This document shows positions 16,822 to 24,293 of a stretch of DNA of 24,293 nucleotides, in pieces. The stretch comes from Bdellovibrionota bacterium. GTDB taxonomy: Bacteria; Bdellovibrionota; UBA1018; UBA923. Made by a program: the position numbers and the translations under genes. Within the stretch, counting starts at the first letter, position 1; each line of letters starts with the position of its first letter. The notes under the pieces were generated by a model that saw only the letters and a list, made by a program, of their open reading frames with translations, was not told the origin of the DNA and did not search any database. The stretch covers positions 1 to 24,293 of the forward strand of contig JBFMCE010000060.1 of NCBI GenBank assembly GCA_040754655.1, written 5' to 3'.

Positions 16822-17958
16822 TCATAAACCTCTAAGGTTGATCTTCACGCGAGAGATCGTGGCGGGAAGTTGCGAGACGGGTGCAGGGCCCGTGGCGCGC
16901 CTGAAATCAGGCATGTGCCCAAAGGCAGCCGCGTTCAAGCTGAACTCACGGGGAGTGGTGAAGTTCCCGCTTGCCGAAGCAGGCCTGCGCTCAAGCGGCG
17001 GGTGATCGGTGTCAAAGGTATTTGCGATTTGCTGGGATTTGCCTTCTTGGTCTTCAGGTTCATGAAGCGGGGTGATCAATGCTAAACCTGTGCCCGGCAG
17101 TTGTCGCGGGCCGATCAGCGCGCGCGTTTCGGTGGCAAGGGCATTTACCGCGGGAGAGAGCTCTCTTGCTTTTTCCCTTAGAGCCATTTGGCTTAAAGGA
17201 CGCACGTCCATCTCGGATTGAATTCCTCCAGCGCTTTCATTGGAAAAACTAACGCCGGGTCCAATCGCAACGGGCTGGTAATAAACGATTCCATCGGGGT
17301 TGTGTCTGATCACGTCGATCGAGAGTCGACCGTGAAGGGCGGTGAGCTCGAGTTTTGAGCGGGCGTCGCGCACAGGAGCGGCCTTTAAGACCACTTCCGC
17401 GCCTCTGACCTTGATCAAGGCTGAGGGCGTGGCGATCTCGTAGCGCTGGTTTTTCTTGAGCTCTTGAGGAACGATGTTGCGAATTCTTCCGTGAAGAACA
17501 TTGAATTTCACGTTCTGTCCCGAGGAGGAAACCGCGAACCGCTCCACTTCAATCACCGAAAGCGGGCCAAGATCCATGATCGACCGGTCGCGAAATAAAA
17601 TCTTCACTCTGCCGTTGCGGTCGCTTTGAATCAAATCGCCTTCAAAGATAGGGTCATTGGCTTTGAGTTTGCGAGAAGGGGCGTTGGAAACAACAAGCCG
17701 CGGGGCCTGCAGCGGGCTTTTCTTGATGTGTTTTTTTCTGGTGGCGTCTTGTTCGACCGTGATGACGTCTTCTCCTACGTCAGGCAAGTTGAGCTTGACT
17801 TGCCCGGGTTGAGCGACGGCCTCACCTTCGATCAAGGCCACGGTTCCGATGCGCGGTTTTAGAGCGGTCTGCGCGTGAGAGTCGAGCGATGCTGAAAGCA
17901 GCAACAAAGATACAAGGTATTCAGGTCTTGCTCGCGAGAGAAGGCTATGGAATCTCAT
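16822..17958 (-). CDS. Secreted FecR-domain protein with low-complexity tail
   Basis: Signal peptide (..SHA/Q). FecR-like GDLIQS..NGRVKILF.D.S...LGP.S and IATPSA...VRG. AGGAG SD lies inside the upstream gene (14-nt overlap). Confidence 0.8.
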   Translation of the reverse strand: MRFHSLLSRARPEYLVSLLLLSASLDSHAQTALKPRIGTVALIEGEAVAQPGQVKLNLPDVGEDVITVEQDATRKKHIKKSPLQAPRLVVSNAPSRKLKANDPIFEGDLIQSDRNGRVKILFRDRSIMDLGPLSVIEVERFAVSSSGQNVKFNVLHGRIRNIVPQELKKNQRYEIATPSALIKVRGAEVVLKAAPVRDARSKLELTALHGRLSIDVIRHNPDGIVYYQPVAIGPGVSFSNESAGGIQSEMDVRPLSQMALREKARELSPAVNALATETRALIGPRQLPGTGLALITPLHEPEDQEGKSQQIANTFDTDHPPLERRPASASGNFTTPREFSLNAAAFGHMPDFRRATGPAPVSQLPATISRVKINLRGL

Positions 17959-20900
17959 ACACTCCTACTCTATGCCAAGTAGGGTCGACAATATAGAGCA
18001 GGTTTGAGCCGCTAGTCGGGATGAGGCGAAATATTCCGGTCGGGAGCTTCAGGGCGGAAGGAGTTGCCGAGACCGCGGCTGAATACGACGTGGTCTGACT
18101 CGTGCCTCCGACGGCGTGAAAGTTCACATGGTTCGCGGAAAAGCCGGCGCCGGCGCTCGGGCGATTGTTCGCCGTGCTGCCCAGGTCGTAAGCCACGACC
18201 CTGGAATTTCCGGTGTCAGAGATGTAAAGCCTGTTGTCCGAGCTGCTGTACCAAACTCCGCGAGGAGAGTTCAAGGCGTACGCTCCGTTGGCCGCCAGAG
18301 TCCCGCCGTCGTCTGCGGCGCCAGCGGTGCACATGGCCGCTACCGAGGCCGCGCGATGCCCGTAACAGCCGTCAGAGGTTCCGTCCACCCCTCCAGATAA
18401 ATCAAAATAATTTACACGGTGGTTGGTACGGTCGGTGACGAAGATCCCGGCGTTGATGATGGCATTGGTCTGAACGTAGACGATCCCTTCCGGCACGTTG
18501 AATTGGGTGGCGGTCGTTCCGGCGGCACCCGTGCCGATCGTGCTGGCTGCGGTGACCGGAGCCACCGCGGTAGTGATCGTATTGAAGACGAGCACCCTAA
18601 AGTTCGAGGCGTCGGTCACGAAGAGCCTGTCATTGGTTGAATCGTAGGCCACGCCCATGGGGCCGCTCATCTGAGTCATGCCATTGCCAGCAGTGGTCGA
18701 AACGAAGTCGCTTTGGCCGAGAACAAGGTCTGCTTGCAAAGCGTTGCTGATGGTTGACGTGTTGGTGGCGAATCGAAGTACGCGGTTGTTGCCTGAGTCG
18801 GCGATGTACAATCGTCCTGCGCCATCGACTGCAAGCCCTCGAGGCGCATTGAGCGAGTCAGCCCTGGGAGGAGTAGTGGCCGAAGTGCTGGCATCGAGCA
18901 TTGGGATGCTCCTGAGCGAATCGATGACGGGTACGCCGATCACATTCACCGCAAACCCGGAACTTGGTTTCAAGGTTGTCGGGTTCAAACGGTAAACAAG
19001 CACGCGGTTGTTCGAGGTGTCTGAGACGTAGAGGCGATTGTAGACCGTGTCGGCGACAGCGTAACTTGGGGCGTTCAAATTGGCTTCATTCGGGCTATTT
19101 GCCGTTGCCGCGTAGAAGGCGGCCGCATTTCCATTGAAATCGCTGTGGCCAAGCACATCTGTCATGGTTTGATCGTTTCCAATGGAAGAAGTCGTGAAGA
19201 TCGCGACCCGATTGTTTTCAATGTCTGATAGAAAGAGCCTGCCGGCGGCAGCGCTAAAGTGGAGCTGTCCGGGATTGTCATAGCGTCCAGGACCAACGCC
19301 CGCGGTGCCGCTTGAATTCCATTGCGAAACCAGATTGCCCGAGGTGTCAAAGACCTTCACCTTGTTTGCGGTAGCGCCAATGACTGAGGTCGCGACGATT
19401 CGAGGGGTGTTGGAAGCGTCGGTCACCACGGCGACTCCGGCGGGCGCCGAAAGCGACGGAGCCGTAGTTCCGTCGCCCGCGGTCGCAGTTGTGTCGTTGG
19501 CTTGGCCAATCACGCTTGTGATCGCGGTGGCGCTCGCAGTGGGAATGGGGTTCCAAACCGCAATGCGGTGAAAGCCTGTGTCGGCGACGTACATGCGGTT
19601 GTTCGTAAGATCAAGGCTTACGGCGCGTGGGAGTCTCAAGTTGTTGGCGTCGGTTGAGGGCGCCACGTTCATGCAGTCCCAAATACGTCCTGCCATGAGG
19701 GCCTCTCCATTGGCGCCGAGGTGAAAGCTCATGGGGTCACCCGTTACATAGGAAGTAGCGCTCGCGAAAACGGCGATTCTGCAATTGTCGCGGTCGGCGA
19801 CAAAAAGACTGCCAGTGGTCGAGTTGTAATAGAGGCCCATTGGGGCTCTCAGTCCCGTCGTCACGGGAAATCCCACGGAATGGCTGCCCAAACCGCTATT
19901 TGCATTAATCCCCGTGTTGATCTTGTCGCTTTGTCCGAAGACAGCCGCTGCAGATTTATTAGAGACGCCGGCTGAGATGTTGAACCGCAAAACGCGGTTG
20001 TTACCGGTGTCAGAAACAAAGAGCGCGGTAGAGTCGCCGCTCACTGCGACGCCTGTAGGGCCGTTCATCGGCGTGTAAGTGACTCCGGCGCTTGTGACGT
20101 CGTTTGCTCCAACGATGGCGGAAGAATCAACAGAGAGAAAATTGGGTTGGCCGAAAACCGCAAGCGCTTTGCGGGAAGTGACCGAATTCGTGTTTGAATT
20201 CCATCCATAGACGAGCACTCGGTTGTTGCTGGTATCAGCCACGAAGAGCCTGCTTGAGTTTACGTCAAGTGCGGCTTGGCCTGGTGAGAACATCCCAACC
20301 CCCAGCGGAAAGTTTTCTCGAATCGTCGTGGTGCCGGATTCGTCAGCCAGATAAGAGCCGTCGGGATTCAATCGCCCCAGCGTGGTCTGGCCCAAGAGAC
20401 TGTCGATGTAAACATAATTTGTTGTCATCGGCGCGACGTTTCCGGCGAAGTCTCGCCCATTGATGATCACCGAGTGGCGGCCTCCTCGGTTTGATGAGGT
20501 AAAGTCTAAGATCGAAGGGCACGCGGCGAAATCAGCGTCATCAATAGAACAGCTGAGCGAACCAGTATCAGGCTCTTCACCTGCCCCGTCTGTGAGCGTC
20601 GGAATCGCTGCCTGCGGAGAAGCAGCATCCGTCAGTGTTCCGCCATAGAGCCATCCGTTGCTGGGAGTAATGCTTCCCGCCGGCGCATTGGTTTCAAAGT
20701 AAACGGAGGTCGAGACATCGGCGCCAACATTTCCGGCCGTGTCGGTAGGCCTGAAATCAATCGTATGTGTGCCTGCCGTGAGTGTCGAGAGCGCACAAGC
20801 AAAGGTGCCGGCGGCGGAATTGCTTCCGCACGATGAAAATGCGCCTCCGTCGACTCTAAATGTTACTGATCCGCCTTCGTCGAGAGCTACGACGGCAGTG

Positions 20901-21886
20901 GGCCTTGATGAGTTGACGTAATTCACGCCAAGGTTCGCGCCGATCGTCGTGCACCGGCTACCGGGCAATACGCTGTTGAGGGTCACGGTAGGTGCCGTGT
21001 TGTCGCGGGTCCAGGTGAAAGTGGGCGGAGCAGGATCGCTGTTTCCATAAGTGCTGTCGGTTGCGGTGACTCGAAACGAGTGTGAGCCGACCGTGCTCGT
21101 GATGCGATGAACTCCATAGCCTGAGCCGCTGCCATGGGTGTTGCATGCGCCTTGGGTGCACGTCACTTCAACTCCGTCTTCATAGCACCTGAAAACGGGC
21201 GACTGCGCTGTGGATCGAAACCCAACGCACAAGTCGTTTGTATCCGATGTGACCGCGCCGCTTGAGAGGCTTGTGACCTCGGTACCTGGGTTAAGCCTGA
21301 CGTAATCAATGAATGTGGAGGGAGAACTGACCGATCCGCACATGAGGGGCGACGTGCCGGCGGCGTAGGTGAGCGTCATGTCGATCGTCATTTTTGAACT
21401 CAAGATGTCGAGGGTTCTTTGAGCGAGCAAAAAACCAGCGCTCCTGGCGCCAGGAGGAAGCTCTCCAAGAGGAAGGTTGATCAGTTTGGTGACATCAGGG
21501 CAACTTTCAGATCCGGCGAATCCCCAAATTTGCACGAGGCGACCTGTGCCCATCGGAACATCAACTTCGAGTCTTCCACCGCGGCCTACGAAGCCCGCCG
21601 ATGCGCCCACCTGAGCCATGCCGGCGCAGCCGCTTTGCGACTTGATGCCCCCGCCAAGCACGTTGACTGCGAAACAATCAAATTGATCAAGGCCCGACGG
21701 CGCTTGGCTTGAAGCCGCCGTCGCTGCAAACCGCGTTACGCTCGTTTGCGCTGACGGAATCGTGATGCCGACCCGTGATGTACCATTTGAACTTTGACTG
21801 CTTTTTGATTGAGAAAATAGGCCGCTAGGTTTGCACCCCACTGTTGCAACAAGTGCGAGACCCACAGCCACTGCTCTGCAATCCAC
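17945..21886 (-). CDS. Large putative surface lipoprotein with Ig-like domains and 12 NHL repeats
   Basis: Lipobox-like ATVG/C at Cys18 and a Ser-rich tether. Ig-like D.TAP and D.AGN motifs. Repeated P.G......LFV.D..NNRV units. GAGGGG SD. Confidence 0.85.
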   Translation of the reverse strand: MDCRAVAVGLALVATVGCKPSGLFSQSKSSQSSNGTSRVGITIPSAQTSVTRFAATAASSQAPSGLDQFDCFAVNVLGGGIKSQSGCAGMAQVGASAGFVGRGGRLEVDVPMGTGRLVQIWGFAGSESCPDVTKLINLPLGELPPGARSAGFLLAQRTLDILSSKMTIDMTLTYAAGTSPLMCGSVSSPSTFIDYVRLNPGTEVTSLSSGAVTSDTNDLCVGFRSTAQSPVFRCYEDGVEVTCTQGACNTHGSGSGYGVHRITSTVGSHSFRVTATDSTYGNSDPAPPTFTWTRDNTAPTVTLNSVLPGSRCTTIGANLGVNYVNSSRPTAVVALDEGGSVTFRVDGGAFSSCGSNSAAGTFACALSTLTAGTHTIDFRPTDTAGNVGADVSTSVYFETNAPAGSITPSNGWLYGGTLTDAASPQAAIPTLTDGAGEEPDTGSLSCSIDDADFAACPSILDFTSSNRGGRHSVIINGRDFAGNVAPMTTNYVYIDSLLGQTTLGRLNPDGSYLADESGTTTIRENFPLGVGMFSPGQAALDVNSSRLFVADTSNNRVLVYGWNSNTNSVTSRKALAVFGQPNFLSVDSSAIVGANDVTSAGVTYTPMNGPTGVAVSGDSTALFVSDTGNNRVLRFNISAGVSNKSAAAVFGQSDKINTGINANSGLGSHSVGFPVTTGLRAPMGLYYNSTTGSLFVADRDNCRIAVFASATSYVTGDPMSFHLGANGEALMAGRIWDCMNVAPSTDANNLRLPRAVSLDLTNNRMYVADTGFHRIAVWNPIPTASATAITSVIGQANDTTATAGDGTTAPSLSAPAGVAVVTDASNTPRIVATSVIGATANKVKVFDTSGNLVSQWNSSGTAGVGPGRYDNPGQLHFSAAAGRLFLSDIENNRVAIFTTSSIGNDQTMTDVLGHSDFNGNAAAFYAATANSPNEANLNAPSYAVADTVYNRLYVSDTSNNRVLVYRLNPTTLKPSSGFAVNVIGVPVIDSLRSIPMLDASTSATTPPRADSLNAPRGLAVDGAGRLYIADSGNNRVLRFATNTSTISNALQADLVLGQSDFVSTTAGNGMTQMSGPMGVAYDSTNDRLFVTDASNFRVLVFNTITTAVAPVTAASTIGTGAAGTTATQFNVPEGIVYVQTNAIINAGIFVTDRTNHRVNYFDLSGGVDGTSDGCYGHRAASVAAMCTAGAADDGGTLAANGAYALNSPRGVWYSSSDNRLYISDTGNSRVVAYDLGSTANNRPSAGAGFSANHVNFHAVGGTSQTTSYSAAVSATPSALKLPTGIFRLIPTSGSNLLYIVDPTWHRVGVYEIP
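17950..20290 (-). repeat. Protein-level NHL repeat region (12 units, probably two 6-bladed beta-propellers)
   Basis: Units counted by eye: FSPGQ, MNGPTG, LRAPMG, LRLPRA, LSAPAG (degenerate), YDNPGQ, LNAPSY, LNAPRG, MSGPMG, FNVPEG, LNSPRG, LKLPTG, mostly separated by V(L/F/I)GQ-type inserts. Confidence 0.8.
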
Positions 21887-22104
21887 CCCAATACCCCTCT
21901 TGCGTTTTTTTTGCTCACAACCAACCCCTATCCATGTGTACTTTATTATTTTAGTACAGTTTTAAGAATTGTTGACTTTTTTTGTTTAGTAAAGACAAAA
22001 GGAAGTGCTTGGAATCATTGGAGTAGGTTGAATTTGCCGAGTGATAGAGAGGTCTGAAAGACCTGATTCGATCAACTATAGATGCGATAGCGAGATGCAG
22101 TCCT

Positions 22105-22548
22105 TTAAAAATTAGCACCAACTTCGTTCTGAGACAGAGTCATCGCAAGGCTTCCATGGGCACTGCAAATTCCCTTTATTGGCCCTGTTTTATCGGAAGC
22201 CGCACTCAAAATTCCTTCGACTTCGTTTCGTGAGGTTAGGCCGGGTACTTCAATATTTTCTTCCGGAATACTCAAACTGATCGAACCCGAGCCAGAAAAA
22301 CTGCCAATTACTCGCACGAGCCGAGCGGAACCGTTTGGATCGACAAGAATGAAACCCCTTCCTTCCAGTTTTCCGTCTCTGCCTGTTGATACTTGGCCAT
22401 CACTATAGATCTGTATAGATTGTCTTGCGGTTGCGCCGTAGGTGATCTTGCACGAAACGATCAGTTCGGCGGAATCATAAGCGTATGAAGCGCTTGAGAC
22501 AATTACGGAAACAGATAAGAGCATCAATATGATCTTTTGCATTTTCAA
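22105..22548 (-). CDS. Small secreted hypothetical protein
   Basis: GAGG SD before TTG, signal peptide ending SYA/Y, beta-rich mature part with one Cys near each end. Confidence 0.75.
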   Translation of the reverse strand: MKMQKIILMLLSVSVIVSSASYAYDSAELIVSCKITYGATARQSIQIYSDGQVSTGRDGKLEGRGFILVDPNGSARLVRVIGSFSGSGSISLSIPEENIEVPGLTSRNEVEGILSAASDKTGPIKGICSAHGSLAMTLSQNEVGANF

Positions 22549-22717
22549 TCTACCTCGGTGGCGGATGTATCATAATAAACTAAAACAGTCAAATATTATG
22601 AATAAGCACAATACGCGAAGCCAATAGTCATAGTGGCTCCTCTTTAGAGAAAGAGGTTCTAACACATCAGCCCGAGTTCTACTTTTTCTCTAAGGGCTTA
22701 ACCAGAGTGATCAAGTC

Positions 22718-22745
22718 AGAAAACTCGGCGCGTGCCGAGTTTTCT
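22718..22745. terminator. Strong hairpin; probable bidirectional intrinsic terminator
   Basis: AGAAAACTCGGC-gcgt-GCCGAGTTTTCT, a 12-bp perfect inverted repeat that gives a U-run on either strand. Confidence 0.7.
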
Positions 22746-22859
22746 CTTTGGTATCCGAAAGTGCCTAAGGTCAGAAGAGGATAGCTTGACACTTAGAGCA
22801 CGACTGCAAATCGTAAATAAATGTCAGTTTTTGAACTCGTAGGCAATCATTTTGGGCGT

Positions 22860-22891
22860 GGAAAGCGGAAGGGCTCAAGACGCCTCTCCGC
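22860..22891 (-). terminator. Imperfect hairpin just downstream of the 411-aa gene
   Basis: Minus strand GCGGAGAGGC-gtcttga-GCCCTTCCGC-TTT, about 10 nt after tandem TGA TAA stops. Confidence 0.4.
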
Positions 22892-22902
22892 CCGCCACAT
22901 TA

Positions 22903-24138
22903 TCAATTATTATTGTTGTACAAGCTCCCGATCGGCAAGACTCTGAACCATCTTGGGTTGATGCCGTGCAAGTCAGAGCTGTTCAATACACCTGAATTCC
23001 AATACGCAATGGCTTCATCAGACCCATCAGCGTAAAAACTCAACGATCCTGAATAATCACCAACGTAAGCGCCGTACTCTTGAAGAGCGCGTGCGATGAT
23101 TTTTCCTGATCGCGAAAGGGGCAGTGTGTCGACATTAATTGAAGGATCAAGTTGAATCCTGCCGCCGCAAGGAATGCCTTCCGTGGGTGAGATCGCAGGA
23201 AACGTCGCTTGCGCAGTGCTTGCAGGTGGCTTGAAGTAACGAGAGCGGATGCCCGGATATGCAAGCACCAGCGCGTGATCAATTCGGCCTGCTCTGATCT
23301 CGTCTGCTCTGATGAGCCCCGCAATGAGCGGAAACCCGCAGGCGCGGGCTCCGTGCGAGAGATACCAATCGGGACGATCGCCCGTGGGCGGGCGAACCCC
23401 AGAACCCGCAAGGTCTGTCGTTGCGCACACATTGCAGCGCCACGTTTCAGAGTTGAGTTGTTGAGCCTGATAAAAATCCCATGAGAGATTTCTTGAACGA
23501 TCTACGATCAGCATGCTTGCATCGGCCTGCGGATCCGCAGCAGCGGTGCTTGGGATCGGCACACGATTTCCAGAGCCCATTACAAATCCCTGACCAGCCA
23601 CCGTTGTGACCTCTACCGTTTTCAGCGGTGTTGAACTGGTTGCGTTGTACAATGGTATGCCCCAAGGCCTGATGTTCACGTTCAAGTTCGGCCATTGAGA
23701 ACTTGTTGCAAGTCTCTCGATCAAATAACTTGATTGCGTATCAAGCGCCGGGGTCGCCCCGATTTTGGTATTCCAAGGACTTGTCGAGTTGAACGGACGC
23801 CATGCGCCAGCGGGACTCGGACTTGGGCTTGATGAAGGAGACGGACTTGGCGCGACACTGGGTCTCGGAGTCGGCGTCGCACTCGGAGCTGGGCTTGGTG
23901 AAGAACTTGGCGCTGGTGTCGGTACCGGGGTTGGTGCAGTGGTTGGCTGCGGAGTCGATGTGGGTGCTGGCGCCGGTGGCGGGGAAGGTTTTTTCCTGCC
24001 AAAGGCCAGGGCATCGGAAGTGATGCCAAGTCCTAAGGCCAAAGCCGTTAAACTTGTTGTGATGAGAGAAGTGCAGCCAACCCAATTTCGGGATGCTGTC
24101 TTATTTTGACGAGTGAGCAAAGGCGGTTGTTTCATCAA
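22903..24138 (-). CDS. Secreted protein with a Pro/Ser/Thr linker and an uncharacterised C-terminal globular domain
   Basis: AGGGAGG SD, start at TTG 24138 or ATG 24135, signal peptide ending ALA/F, ~60-aa PS/PT linker, then PF...SPWNT.I, GFPL.AGLIR..EI.AG.IDHAL and IARALQEYG.YV.D. Confidence 0.85.
   Translation of the reverse strand: MMKQPPLLTRQNKTASRNWVGCTSLITTSLTALALGLGITSDALAFGRKKPSPPPAPAPTSTPQPTTAPTPVPTPAPSSSPSPAPSATPTPRPSVAPSPSPSSSPSPSPAGAWRPFNSTSPWNTKIGATPALDTQSSYLIERLATSSQWPNLNVNIRPWGIPLYNATSSTPLKTVEVTTVAGQGFVMGSGNRVPIPSTAAADPQADASMLIVDRSRNLSWDFYQAQQLNSETWRCNVCATTDLAGSGVRPPTGDRPDWYLSHGARACGFPLIAGLIRADEIRAGRIDHALVLAYPGIRSRYFKPPASTAQATFPAISPTEGIPCGGRIQLDPSINVDTLPLSRSGKIIARALQEYGAYVGDYSGSLSFYADGSDEAIAYWNSGVLNSSDLHGINPRWFRVLPIGSLYNNNN
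23810..23990 (-). repeat. Low-complexity Pro-Ser/Pro-Thr linker coding region
   Basis: PSPPPAPAPTSTPQPTTAPTPVPTPAPSSSPSPAPSATPTPRPSVAPSPSPSSSPSPSPA. Confidence 0.85.
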
Positions 24139-24142
24139 TGAT

Positions 24143-24236
24143 GTCCTCCCTGACCATTTTAAAGGTGTGAATACGCGGCTTAACCGTCCGGGGTTAAGCC
24201 TGGATCGACGATTTTAAACGAAGTAGTAGGGAGGAC
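24143..24236 (-). promoter_or_regulatory. Putative structured 5' leader sequestering the SD of the 411-aa gene
   Basis: Perfect 9-bp inverted repeat (24143-24151 / 24228-24236) covering the SD, enclosing a second perfect 9-bp hairpin (24177-24185 / 24192-24200). Confidence 0.5.
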
Positions 24237-24293
24237 GCAAACCGCGCCGCGGGAATTGCCGCCTGTTTTTAAAACGACGTGAAAACGCCAATC

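Noticed and set aside
15182..17958. Classical FecIRA / TonB-dependent iron-uptake signalling locus
   Set aside because: The barrel is too small (about 14 strands, no plug), there is no ECF sigma factor, and the FecR protein lacks the cytoplasmic anti-sigma region.
22695..22703. Extra copy of GGCTTAACC (also reversed at 21289-21297) matching the leader hairpin arm
   Set aside because: Single 9-mers without the partner arm, one inside a CDS. Compatible with chance.
23765..24109. Gly-rich + strand ORF (GLGLGL...)
   Set aside because: Simply the reverse complement of the Pro/Ser linker codons.
24229..24262. GGACGCAAA...TTGCCG resembling part of a c-di-GMP-I riboswitch on the + strand
   Set aside because: No upstream GGCAAAC/GNRA stem, no tetraloop-receptor stem of adequate length, and it is on the opposite strand to the adjacent gene.
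24151..24290. 55-bp periodicity as a CRISPR array
   Set aside because: The shared core is only 6-12 nt, there are no identical 23-47 nt repeats, and no cas genes are in the window.

Overview
A 24.3 kb, gene-dense bacterial chromosome segment with no rRNA, tRNA, CRISPR array, integrase or transposase. The gene content and protein style suggest a Bdellovibrionota/Oligoflexia-like organism (inference only). The first ~15 kb is mostly housekeeping and envelope genes: a membrane GGEEF diguanylate cyclase, prfC, dacB, a DUF1504-type antiporter, a DUF2079-type membrane protein, a secreted cupin, YihY/BrkB, cinA, a PLP Ser/Thr dehydratase/racemase-like enzyme coupled to a YdfG-like SDR, a Ddl-like ATP-grasp ligase, and an adenosine deaminase-family gene coupled to a stand-alone cNMP-binding protein. 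The last ~9 kb is accessory. It holds a TPR + 14-strand outer-membrane barrel (Slam/DUF560-like) converging on an operon for a 1313-aa Ig-like/12xNHL lipoprotein and a secreted FecR-domain protein, followed by two secreted hypothetical proteins. Best candidates for something new: (1) a Slam/type XI-like export module with non-canonical cargo; (2) a deaminase + cNMP-receptor pair, possibly cAMP-to-cIMP signalling; (3) a structured leader that sequesters a Shine-Dalgarno sequence; (4) repeated leaderless promoter architecture.
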